Shown: positions 8,803-17,640, numbered from the stretch's first letter. The stretch: DNA of 64,000 bases from an uncultured Actinomycetes bacterium (GCA_963834825.1 CAWICZ010000010.1:47266-111265), one strand, 5' to 3'. Notes: generated from the letters alone by a model not told the origin. Made by a program: numbers and translations.

Positions 8803-11781
8803 ATGAAGGCTCGCACCGCCTTGGAGAAGACCTTCGAGCCATGGGCCGCCTGGAAGCCGTGCGCCGACAGCGACGCCTCCGTAGCTCTGGAGCGCCTGCG
8901 GGGCGAGGCGCCGCTCTTCTTTGCCGGCTCCGAGATCGTCGGCGCTCGCTGCGCCGACCTCTCCTTCTACGGCGCGCATCGCCTGCTCGACCTCAGCCTT
9001 GAGCGCCGCGGCAACGAGGAACGCGCCTTCGTCTTGCACGGCCCGGAAGAGACTCGCTGGCTCGACGGGAAGTCGGCTCCAATCCACGAGACCAACGAAG
9101 CCGAGTCGCTTGCATTGAGCGACGCCACTGTCCACGACTACGTCCGCTTCTTCTTCTACTTCGTGCGCAGTGACGACGGCCCCTTCGTCCTCATCGAGTC
9201 GCCCGACGAGATCGAAATCGACGACGACCCCGGCCAGCCCGAGCACGACGGGGAGTCGGCGGAAGCCGATGCCACGGAACTGCCCCAGCGTCTGGCAGCC
9301 ATCCGGAGCCGGGTCACTCCCCTAACGACTCGCACGATCGACGACGACGGCCGCTGGATCATCGACTGCTTCGTCGCCTACGCCGGCACGGTCTTCATGC
9401 CAACCCTGGCCGTCGGGTCGAGCGGCCTGGTCGACATGGAAGAGGAACGGCCGGCTGGAGAGCTCGACGGATTGACAGCTCCAGAGTGCGCCCCGCTCGA
9501 GCTCGCCCCGGTGTACGGAGGCCCCGGGTCCGGGTCGTACCGAGGCGGCCCTATTGTCTTGGAACGGCCGAACCAGCTGCCCGGTTTGCATCAGGACGGT
9601 CCCGTCATCGCCTTGGATCGCAATGGCGACGGTGAGGGAGCCACCCCGACGCTCCCCACGGAACAGGACGAGCGGGTGGTCGAGGTGCTCGACGACTCTG
9701 GAGAGTTGCCGCGTGATCGGGACGTGACCGAAGCGATCGTTTCCGTGCTTCTCGAAGACGCCATCCGAGAGCGGGACGGCGCCGGCGGGGGCGGTGACCT
9801 CCTGCTGCGGCACTTCAACTCTGAGACGGGTACGGACAAGCCGATCGAGCGGCTGGCCCGGATCGTGTCGAGCTCCGTTCCGGTGATCATCATCGAGTCG
9901 GACATCCCCTTCGTCGAGGACTTCGTCGTCGGGCTGATCGACGGTCCGAATGAAGCTGTCACTGCCGGCGACATCGTGCGAGCGAGCGTCGTCCCGGGGG
10001 ACGAGCTTCGCTGCCTGGTCGACTACGCGAGCACGGGGACGAGCTTGCACCTGATCTCGTTCCACGCCTACCGTGGGCTGTTCGACGCGGAGCGAACTGC
10101 GCACGAGCTCGCGCTTGGCGATGCAGCGGTGTTGATCGGATGCGAACGATCGTCCGACGTGCCGGAGCCACTGAGGAGGATTGCCGACCTCGTCCTCACC
10201 TTCCCCCGAATCGACCGCGGACGCTTCGCCCGCGTCTTCGAGCGTGTCTTCGGGGTCAAGCCGACGCCGGGCTGGGACGCCTCGGGCGCGGATTGGACTC
10301 GGTACCTCGTACCGGCCGACTTTCACACGCCGCGACGGCTTCGCCTCAACCCGGATCAGGCTTTGGAGCACCTGAGAAGGCGAATCGAGACTCGCCTCAA
10401 GAGCGTCACGCCCGATATCGGCCCGCGGCTGAGCGAGCTCCACGGCCTGGGCGAGGCTCGCCAGATCTGCGAGGACCTGATCGCCGACATCCGCGCCGCT
10501 CAAGCCGGCCGAATCCCGTGGACCGCCGTGGACAGGGGGATGCTCCTCGTCGGCCCGCCGGGAACCGGCAAGACGACGCTCGCCCGTGCGCTCGCGAAGG
10601 AGTGCGGCATCAAGTTCGTCGTCGCTAGCGCGGCCGGCTGGCAGTCGGCGGGCTACCTCGACTCTCATCTTCGCGCCATGCGCGCCGACTTCGCCGAAGC
10701 GCGTCGCCATGCCCCGGCGATCCTCTTCATCGACGAGATCGACGGCATCGGCAGTCGCGCGCAGCTGGGCGGAGACAACAGCGCCTCGTATCAGACCGAT
10801 GTCATCAACGCGCTCCTCGAGCAGGTTCAAGGAATCACGACCGTCGATCCCGTGATCGTGATCGGGGCGACCAACTATCCCGAGAACGTCGATCCCGCGC
10901 TCCGCCGGTCGGGACGGCTCGACCAGATCGTCGAGCTCCCGCTGCCCAACATCGCGAGCCTCGAGCAGATCTTCGAGTACTACCTCGGGTCGTATCGGGC
11001 CCGAAACGAGGTCGGGCGGGGCGTCAAGACGCGGCTCCTGGCAGAGCTGGGCCTGGGATCGACCGGTGCCGACGTGGAGCTCTTCGTGCGCGGCGCCGCC
11101 CGCCGCGCCCGCCGCGCCGGGCGGAAGATCAAGCAGGAAGACCTGCTGGCGGAGATCACTCGGCGCCCCCGTCGTCCGGACAGCGCTCCTCGGCTCGGAC
11201 CTGAAGAGATGCGGCGTGTGGCGGTCCACGAAGCCGGCCACGCCCTCGCCCGACTCACCAGCTCGACCCAGGGACAAGACCTCACCTTCGTAACGATCGT
11301 CCCACGCATGGACGGCTCGCTCGGCTTCGTCGCAGCGGTGCCGCCGGACGGCTACGTCTCCACCCGCCGCACGATGCTGGAGGAGCTCGAGACCGTGCTG
11401 GCCGGCCGAGCCGCCGAGGAGATCGTCTACGGCACCGACGACATCGGCGGCGGAGCCGGAGGGCCGAGCAGGACCAGCGACCTCGCAGTCGCGACCCGGC
11501 TGGCCGAGCTCATCGTCTGCCAGTCAGGGCTCGGCGACGACGACGCGCTGCACTGGACCTCGGAGCCGACGCCCGCCCAGGAGAAGCAGATCGGCGCGAT
11601 GCTCGGCAAGGCCTACGGCAACATCGTCGCGCGCCTCGAGGACCAGCGCGAGCTGCTCGACCGCATCGTCGAGGTCCTCGAGGAGAAGCAGGAGCTGAGC
11701 GGGACTGAGCTGCGTCAGCTGCTCGGGAAGAGCAACGGGGCCAGCGTAGGCGCGCAAGACCAAGCACAACCAGACGCATGA
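8803..11781 (+). CDS. FtsH-like AAA+ ATPase / M41 zinc metalloprotease lacking a transmembrane anchor, with a roughly 560-aa unassigned N-terminal region
   Basis: Motifs present: Walker A GPPGTGKT (10552-10575), Walker B ILFIDEID (10720-10743), SRH ATNYPENVDPALRRSGRLD, zinc motif HEAGH (11227-11241), FtsH-like IVPRMDGSLGF, AGRAAEE and SDLAVAT. No hydrophobic helix occurs in the first 580 aa. Residues around 355-485 (VPVIIIESD...VLIGCERSSDVPEPLRRIADLVLTFPRIDRGRF) look like a degenerate Walker-A-less AAA module. Confidence 0.85.
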   Translation: MKARTALEKTFEPWAAWKPCADSDASVALERLRGEAPLFFAGSEIVGARCADLSFYGAHRLLDLSLERRGNEERAFVLHGPEETRWLDGKSAPIHETNEAESLALSDATVHDYVRFFFYFVRSDDGPFVLIESPDEIEIDDDPGQPEHDGESAEADATELPQRLAAIRSRVTPLTTRTIDDDGRWIIDCFVAYAGTVFMPTLAVGSSGLVDMEEERPAGELDGLTAPECAPLELAPVYGGPGSGSYRGGPIVLERPNQLPGLHQDGPVIALDRNGDGEGATPTLPTEQDERVVEVLDDSGELPRDRDVTEAIVSVLLEDAIRERDGAGGGGDLLLRHFNSETGTDKPIERLARIVSSSVPVIIIESDIPFVEDFVVGLIDGPNEAVTAGDIVRASVVPGDELRCLVDYASTGTSLHLISFHAYRGLFDAERTAHELALGDAAVLIGCERSSDVPEPLRRIADLVLTFPRIDRGRFARVFERVFGVKPTPGWDASGADWTRYLVPADFHTPRRLRLNPDQALEHLRRRIETRLKSVTPDIGPRLSELHGLGEARQICEDLIADIRAAQAGRIPWTAVDRGMLLVGPPGTGKTTLARALAKECGIKFVVASAAGWQSAGYLDSHLRAMRADFAEARRHAPAILFIDEIDGIGSRAQLGGDNSASYQTDVINALLEQVQGITTVDPVIVIGATNYPENVDPALRRSGRLDQIVELPLPNIASLEQIFEYYLGSYRARNEVGRGVKTRLLAELGLGSTGADVELFVRGAARRARRAGRKIKQEDLLAEITRRPRRPDSAPRLGPEEMRRVAVHEAGHALARLTSSTQGQDLTFVTIVPRMDGSLGFVAAVPPDGYVSTRRTMLEELETVLAGRAAEEIVYGTDDIGGGAGGPSRTSDLAVATRLAELIVCQSGLGDDDALHWTSEPTPAQEKQIGAMLGKAYGNIVARLEDQRELLDRIVEVLEEKQELSGTELRQLLGKSNGASVGAQDQAQPDA

Positions 11782-11788
11782 GAAGGGA

Positions 11789-14146
11789 TTGCAGATGGCA
11801 ATGACAGCGACCGTTGGAGCGCCGCCCCCGCCTCCGCAAAGCCCCGTCGACCGCCTTAAGAAGGCCGTCGAGAACGGGGAGCGCTTCGTCGGTATCGACT
11901 ACACACCAACCTTCGACGCCGAGGTGATCCAAGGTTTGGTTCTCGGCGCCAGGGCCGACTGCGGCGTCCAGCTCGAATCCGTCACGATTGCCGGCAGCCT
12001 GAATCTCAAGGATGCGCGCGGTGCCTCAGGCGGGCCGTGCAACGCGTTGATTATGCACGACTGCATTCTGGAGGGTCCAGGCGCCGATGCTCCCACCGGC
12101 AGCCCCGGCATCGATGCCAGGCACAGCTACCTGCAGCGGCTCTCCCTCGTTAACTGTCGGTCGAACGGCCTAGATGTCTCGAGCGCGGTAATCGTGGGCG
12201 ACCTGAAGCTCGACGGGCTTGGCCCACTCGAGCGGTCTGTCGGCGAGATGTCGCGCGACGACGCCAGCGAAGAGGACGATGGCCAACAGCGATCTTGCTT
12301 GGTCAGGGCCCAAGGCGTGCGCATTGGAGGGTCACTCACGCTGCGCCGTGCGAGCCTCAGCTTGCCGCTGGGCGACGCGACAGCGGTTGTCGTTCCTCCC
12401 TCGCCCGATGCAGAGGACTCTGGGAATGTTTTCAAGCGATACGGGCTCGATCTCGAAGATGCTCAGATCAATGGATCGCTCACGCTAGGCCCTAAATTCA
12501 CTTCAGTGGGCGGAGTTTGCCTCAGCGGGGCCAGTATCGGCGGCACGCTGTCGATCGACGCGTCCGCCGCGCCGATCGAACGCCTCGACGCAACCACACT
12601 CAAAGTCGGCGGAGATTTGTCGCTTTCCGGATCGGTCTCGGTGGCCGATTTCTCAGGCAGCATGATCGATGGTCAGGTGGCACTCGGCGAGCAAGCCGCG
12701 GAAGGCGAGGAAACCAAGGTACCGCTTTACCTGACGAGCCTGAATGTCAGCGTCGCCGTCCTGAAGCTTGCCGACTCACGCGTTGGGCGCGGCCTCAGGG
12801 TGACACGGGTCGTTACCCCAACTTTCCCCGTCACAATCGATTGGAGCACAAAACCGCTCCGCATCCGCACCTTCCAGCTCGCCTGTTATCCCGGCTGGTT
12901 GCTGGCACAGGCTTTGTTCAAGCCGAAGTCCGGATCCGGTCTCGCGTTACTCGCCTTCTTGTATCAGCCTCGGTACGCGCCCGATGAGTCCCCCATCGTC
13001 GTCCTCGGAGGTCGATCGGACCCGATCCACGAGCTCAACGATCAGGGCTTCCTTGCGATCACCACCAGCGAACAAGCCGCGGAGTACCTCACTTTCTTCT
13101 GCACCCATATCTTGGGAGACGAGGGAGCGTTCATGAGAGCGTTCATGATCATCCCAGGCAGCGTCGACGTACGCCCGCGCGAGGACGGTCCAGGATGGCA
13201 CGCGACGGCGCAGGTTTCGTACGGTGCCGACCTCTTCAAAGCCGGCTTTCGGATCGACCCCTCCGGCGAAGTCGAGATGGTGAGCGATAAGCCGATCGGT
13301 AGGGCGCCAGCCAGCCCCCGTCCGCTCTACGCCCCTCCGATCAGCTGGCTTGAAGGAGACGGTTCCGACTGGCAGGACCGCCCGGACAAGCCGAACCCGG
13401 ACTGGCCGGTCTCGTCGCCTCTCGGCCCGAGCTCTGCTTGGTTTGAGCCCGAAACCGAGGGCGAAGACGGCGAAATCTGGAACGCCCTCCGGAAGAAACA
13501 AGAGACGCTAGGCCCCTCCATTGTCCTGCCGTGGCCCGGACGTCCTAGGCCGCGGATCGACCTGAAGGGTCTCAGAGTCTCCGGGCTCGACGACGACGAC
13601 GGAAGAGCTTGGTTTGCGGGTCGGAACTTCGACCTCGACAAGGCCGTGACCGGAGAGGTCGGAATAAGGCCGACGCTCCAGCTCATGCTCAGTGGGTTCG
13701 AGTACGACCGCATTAGCGACCGGCCGGACCCGACACCGCGGACCGATGTCTTGGGGCAGGAGTTGTCCGACAGTGACTCCCCAGCGCCTGAGGAGGCGGC
13801 GAAGGAACCCGCGAAGGAACGCTCACTCTTCCAAAGACTCCGTTCGTTCTTACATTCGGACCCAGCCGAGCGCTTGAAGGCCAGACGCTACTGGTTCAAG
13901 GCCCAATACAAGAAGTATCCACCGACCGAAGAGGAGTACCGTCCGCAGCCCCATGAACAGCTCGCCAGAGTCTGGCGGGCGGCGGGTCACCTCAAGAACG
14001 CTGACGACATCACAATCGACAAGCTTGAGTTGGAGAAGATGAAGCTCAAGCTCTCAAGGCGCGGTTTGTCGGCGGTGGCCGAAATTCTGGCATCACGTTT
14101 CGCAGCGGGGCGCGGCCGGTTTACATTTTCTTCGGGTTCGGGCTGA
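11789..14146 (+). CDS. Beta-helix-like repeat protein with a central domain paralogous to the protease N-terminus; C-terminal membrane module displaced by frameshifts
   Basis: The [IV]xGxLxL motif recurs seven times (IAGSLNL, IVGDLKL, IGGSLTL, INGSLTL, IGGTLSI, VGGDLSL, IDGQVAL). The C-terminal LSGFEYDRI...RRYWF...YRPQPHEQLARVWRAAGH matches, from memory, the actinobacterial pentapeptide-like 'membrane-associated oxidoreductase' family. The start is 7 nt after the upstream stop. Confidence 0.75.
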   Translation: MQMAMTATVGAPPPPPQSPVDRLKKAVENGERFVGIDYTPTFDAEVIQGLVLGARADCGVQLESVTIAGSLNLKDARGASGGPCNALIMHDCILEGPGADAPTGSPGIDARHSYLQRLSLVNCRSNGLDVSSAVIVGDLKLDGLGPLERSVGEMSRDDASEEDDGQQRSCLVRAQGVRIGGSLTLRRASLSLPLGDATAVVVPPSPDAEDSGNVFKRYGLDLEDAQINGSLTLGPKFTSVGGVCLSGASIGGTLSIDASAAPIERLDATTLKVGGDLSLSGSVSVADFSGSMIDGQVALGEQAAEGEETKVPLYLTSLNVSVAVLKLADSRVGRGLRVTRVVTPTFPVTIDWSTKPLRIRTFQLACYPGWLLAQALFKPKSGSGLALLAFLYQPRYAPDESPIVVLGGRSDPIHELNDQGFLAITTSEQAAEYLTFFCTHILGDEGAFMRAFMIIPGSVDVRPREDGPGWHATAQVSYGADLFKAGFRIDPSGEVEMVSDKPIGRAPASPRPLYAPPISWLEGDGSDWQDRPDKPNPDWPVSSPLGPSSAWFEPETEGEDGEIWNALRKKQETLGPSIVLPWPGRPRPRIDLKGLRVSGLDDDDGRAWFAGRNFDLDKAVTGEVGIRPTLQLMLSGFEYDRISDRPDPTPRTDVLGQELSDSDSPAPEEAAKEPAKERSLFQRLRSFLHSDPAERLKARRYWFKAQYKKYPPTEEEYRPQPHEQLARVWRAAGHLKNADDITIDKLELEKMKLKLSRRGLSAVAEILASRFAAGRGRFTFSSGSG

Positions 14147-14551
14147 AGCCGTGGCGCGCTACGGGAACCCTGGTCTTGTGGTGGCTGATTGGCGTGCTCG
14201 CGATTTTCGGGTCTCTTAAGCGCGGACGTGCTTAAGGCGGAGGCATCGGCCGTTACAACAGCTGTCGCGAGTGAGGAGCGCGTCGTCGTCGAGGAGGCGA
14301 CCGCCGGGGCAGAAACCGAGGAGATCCCATGCGGAGATCACATCAATGTGTTCGTCTACCCGCTCGACGTGATGATCCCGCTTCTCGACCTGCATCAGGA
14401 GTCGCGCTGCGACGTGTCGATCAAGAACTGTGGCTTCGGCGTGCTAAAGGGCTGTCATATGCCGTCTTGGCTGGTTAGATCATTTCTCGGGTTCATCCTC
14501 ACTGGTCCGGCGTCGTGCGGCGGCAGACCGAGAGATGAACCGCGACCCTAG
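14029..14551 (+). pseudogene. Out-of-frame C-terminal membrane module of the 11789 gene
   Basis: Frame 1 (14029-14235, no start codon) encodes PVYIFFGFGLKPWRATGTLVLWWLIGVLAIFG, the family GYGYRPWRA-plus-TM motif. Frame 2 (ORF 14189-14551, same frame as 11789-14146) encodes INVFVYPLDVMIPLLDLHQE, the family YxLDxxxPxxDLxQ motif. Two in-frame TGA codons separate the frame-2 parts. Confidence 0.5.
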
Positions 14552-14957
14552 GTCAGCGACACGGCGCTCCTGACAGCATCGTCCCGTCGCGAGGGCGGCC
14601 GGAAGAGCTGCTTCCGGTCGGCCTCGCGAGCCCGCCTTCGGCGTGCGGGTCGCGACCACCGTCTGTCGCCTCCACGTTCGGGGCACGGTCCGGTGATGCT
14701 GAGGCCAACCTCCTGGCCGACCGCCTCCTTGAGTAGCTCGTCGTAGTACGGCGCCAGGATTGCGTTCCTGATTCGCGTGCCGCCGATGTCCGCGAAGTGG
14801 CGCCGCATGAATCCCGCCTGCTGACAGCCGTTCTGGAACGCTCGTGGAACGCGCGGCGGCAACCGGTGGTGAATACCGGCGAAGGCCAGGACCGCGAAAG
14901 CCGCGCACGAGCGACCAACGGAGCCGGCGAGAACGCGCGGCAAACCATGGCGCGGAA

Positions 14958-15003
14958 CTGTCCCGCCGGAGGTCGCGGGTTCGAGTCCCGTCGCTCCCGT
15001 CTC
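14958..15003 (+). repeat. Copy of the tRNA-Asp 3-prime half (att-like direct repeat 2)
   Basis: This 46-nt stretch aligns to 8020-8065 with one mismatch (14963 C versus 8025 A). Positions 14964-15003 are identical to 8026-8065. No acceptor or D arm lies upstream. Confidence 0.85.
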
Positions 15004-15270
15004 TCGAAGTGCCTGCAAATAGAGTTTGGTTGTCTGTCTGGACGCGGTGCTCCGGCTCTGTGGCCCAAACCCGTGGCCCAAACGGTCGAAGAGAATGCCT
15101 GCAAAACTGGCATTTCGAGCATAGGTACGTGTCCAGGCCGCACAACGCAAATCGGTTCACGAGCACGCTCAGCGGTCCCCGATGCGCGTGCCGGCGAACG
15201 TCCCGGGTTCACTCGGCCGGGACGTTCGCTCTAGGAGCGCGTGACGCCAATTGGAGCTCAAAACGTGACG

Positions 15271-17640
15271 CTACTGCCTCGCCATCGCGACTCGGAAGCG
15301 TTCGTCCGGATCGAGCTGGTGATCGGCGTCCTCGGCGGCCGTACCCGCGTCGATCTCGACCCAGTTCACCTCTCCGGTGAACGTGTTCGGGACGGGATAG
15401 TCCTCGGCGACGAGCGCGCCGTTTTCCCGCCCCACGTCGCAGGTGTCGTCGGCGGAGAAGATCATGGCGGCAGTCGCCGCGACCTCTCCTTCACCGATCT
15501 TGACCCCGTCGAGGTACAGCGTCACATGACCACCCTTGCCGAGCCCGGGGCCGGCGTAGTCGAACTCCATCCGAACCTGGTGAGTGCCCGGCGGCACTTC
15601 GGTGTCGCTATCGACGTAGAAGCGCTGGATTCCAAAGAGGCTGTAGCAGTACCGTGGCTTGCCCTCCTTCAGGTACAGGCTCCAGCCGCCGATGCTGCCG
15701 CCCTGGGCGATGATGACGCCCTGCGCGCCGCCGTCGGGCACCTCGATCTCCGCCGTGACAGCGTGTGACTTGTTCTTGATGCTGACGATCGAGTTCTCGG
15801 ACAGTCGGCCCATGCCGCCGTACAGGAGCTGCCGGTCACCCTGCACGAGCGTGGGTCGCCCGGCCATCTCGGCGAGTATGCGTTCGGCGACACGGTCGTC
15901 GAGCGGCAGCACGTTGTACTTCGTCGCCTCGACGAGGAACAGGCGCTGGAGTTCCGCAAGCTTCTCCGGCTGCTCTTTCGAGAGGTCATTGCACTGCGTC
16001 CAGTCGCTCGTCGTGTCGTAGAGCTCCCAGACGTCGTCGTCGAACGCAGGCTTGTCACCGCCGACCAACACCCACGGAATCCCGTGCCTCGTCACGGCGG
16101 TCCAGCCCTGGTGGTAGATGCCGCGGTTGCAGAACATCTCGAAGTACTGGGTGGTATGGCGCTCGGCTGCCCCGCCGTCGTCGAAGGAGTACGCCATGCT
16201 CACGCCCTCCAGTGGCTTCTGCTGCACGCCGTCGACGAACGCCGGCTCACGGAGCCCCGCCGCCTCGAGGACGGTCGGTGCGACGTCGATCACGTGGGCG
16301 AACTGCGAGCGGATCTCCCCACGGGCCTTGATCCCCGCCGGCCAGTGCACGATCGTCCCGTTGCGGGTGCCACCCCAGTGGGATGCCACCTGCTTCGTCC
16401 ACTGGTAGGGCGTGCACATCGCGTGTGCCCATCCGACCGCATAGTGGTTGTACGAGTCGGGGCCGCCGAAATCGTCGAGCCGCTCCATCATGAACTCGGG
16501 CGTCTCCAGAGCGGCGGCGCCGTTGAAGTTGATCATCTCGTTGTAGGTGCCGTTGAGCGTGCCCTCGGCGGAGGCTCCGTTGTCGCCGATGATGTAGTAG
16601 ACAAGCGTGTCCTCGAGCACGCCGAGTTCCTCGAGGCTGTCGAGCAGCCGGCCGACGTGGTGGTCGGTGAACTCGAGAAAACCGGCGTAGACCTCCATCT
16701 GGCGGCGGAGGATCGGCTTCAGCTCCTCCGGCATCTCATCCCAGGCCGGGATCTCCTTGTGGCGGGGCGTCAGCTCGGCGTCGGCCGGGATCACGCCGAG
16801 CTCCTTCTGCCGGGCGAACGTCCGCTCGCGGAGCGCGTCCCAGCCGTCGTCGAACGCGCCTTTGTACTTGTCGGCCCACTCGGGAGTGACGTGGTGCGGT
16901 GCGTGCGTCGCGCCGGGCGCGAAGTATGCAAAGAACGGCTTGTCGGGCATGAGCGCCTTCTGCTGGCGGACCCACTTGATCGCCTTGTCCGTCATGTCGG
17001 ACATGAAGTGGTAGCCCTCTTCGGGCGTCTTCTCGGGCTCGACCGGGATCGTGCCTTCGTAGATCGCCGGGTAGTACTGATGGGCCTCCCCGCCGATGAA
17101 GCCGTAGAAGTACTCGAAGCCGCTCCCGGTGGGCCAGTTCTCGAACGGCCCCATCGGGCTCGTCTGCCAGACAGGCACCTCGTGGCACTTGCCGAACTGC
17201 GCAGTCGAGTAGCCGTTCAGCTTCAGCGTCTCCGCGAGCGGCGCACAGGTGTTGGGGCGGATCGAGTTGTAGCCCGGTGCCGAAGTCGCGAGCTCGGTGA
17301 TGGCGCCCATGCCCACTGAGTGGTGGTTGCGGCCGCTCAACAGCGCGGCACGGGTCGGCGAACAGAGTGCGGTGGTGTGGAAGCGGTTGTACTTCAACCC
17401 CTTGGAGGCGAGCCGTTCGGCGTTCGGCGTATTCACCGGACCACCGAACGCACTCGAAGCTCCGAATCCGACGTCGTCGATGAGGACGATCAGGACGTTG
17501 GGTGCACCCTCCGGCGGCCGCAGCTCCTCGATCGGCGGAAACGCGGTATCAGGATCCTTCGCGTCGTACGTGGTAAGCCCGACCGGAGTGATGTCGGGGA
17601 CGGGCAAAACGTCGCGATGGAGCTGCGGCCTCTCGGGCAC
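15271..17640 (-). CDS. Arylsulfatase (large, 789 aa)
   Basis: The sulfatase signature LIDDVGFG...CSPTRAALLSGRNHH (CxPxR formylglycine motif) is present. The start is GTG with AGGAGG 7 nt upstream. Confidence 0.9.
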   Translation of the reverse strand: MPERPQLHRDVLPVPDITPVGLTTYDAKDPDTAFPPIEELRPPEGAPNVLIVLIDDVGFGASSAFGGPVNTPNAERLASKGLKYNRFHTTALCSPTRAALLSGRNHHSVGMGAITELATSAPGYNSIRPNTCAPLAETLKLNGYSTAQFGKCHEVPVWQTSPMGPFENWPTGSGFEYFYGFIGGEAHQYYPAIYEGTIPVEPEKTPEEGYHFMSDMTDKAIKWVRQQKALMPDKPFFAYFAPGATHAPHHVTPEWADKYKGAFDDGWDALRERTFARQKELGVIPADAELTPRHKEIPAWDEMPEELKPILRRQMEVYAGFLEFTDHHVGRLLDSLEELGVLEDTLVYYIIGDNGASAEGTLNGTYNEMINFNGAAALETPEFMMERLDDFGGPDSYNHYAVGWAHAMCTPYQWTKQVASHWGGTRNGTIVHWPAGIKARGEIRSQFAHVIDVAPTVLEAAGLREPAFVDGVQQKPLEGVSMAYSFDDGGAAERHTTQYFEMFCNRGIYHQGWTAVTRHGIPWVLVGGDKPAFDDDVWELYDTTSDWTQCNDLSKEQPEKLAELQRLFLVEATKYNVLPLDDRVAERILAEMAGRPTLVQGDRQLLYGGMGRLSENSIVSIKNKSHAVTAEIEVPDGGAQGVIIAQGGSIGGWSLYLKEGKPRYCYSLFGIQRFYVDSDTEVPPGTHQVRMEFDYAGPGLGKGGHVTLYLDGVKIGEGEVAATAAMIFSADDTCDVGRENGALVAEDYPVPNTFTGEVNWVEIDAGTAAEDADHQLDPDERFRVAMARQ

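Larger units (their letters stand above)
8062..15003. mobile_element. Putative integrated-element remnant (island 1) between the intact tRNA-Asp and a 46-nt copy of its 3-prime half
   Basis: Direct repeat 8020-8065 / 14958-15003 (one mismatch, 40 nt perfect). GC is visibly lower over 11.8-14.5 kb. Only a three-gene operon plus non-coding debris lies inside. No integrase was recognised. Confidence 0.4.

Noticed and set aside
14552-14957. A protein-like minus-strand stretch (FMRRHFADIGGTRIRNAILAPYYDELLKEAVGQEV), considered as a recombinase remnant at the island end.
   Set aside because: I could not see an RxxR/HxxR/Y tyrosine-recombinase pattern or a serine-recombinase pattern. No start is present, and it overlaps the antisense of the tRNA fragment.
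14925-15003. A second full-length tRNA at repeat 2.
   Set aside because: No 5-prime acceptor strand complementary to CGCTCCC exists and there is no D arm. The alternative anticodon-like hairpin has A at position 33.
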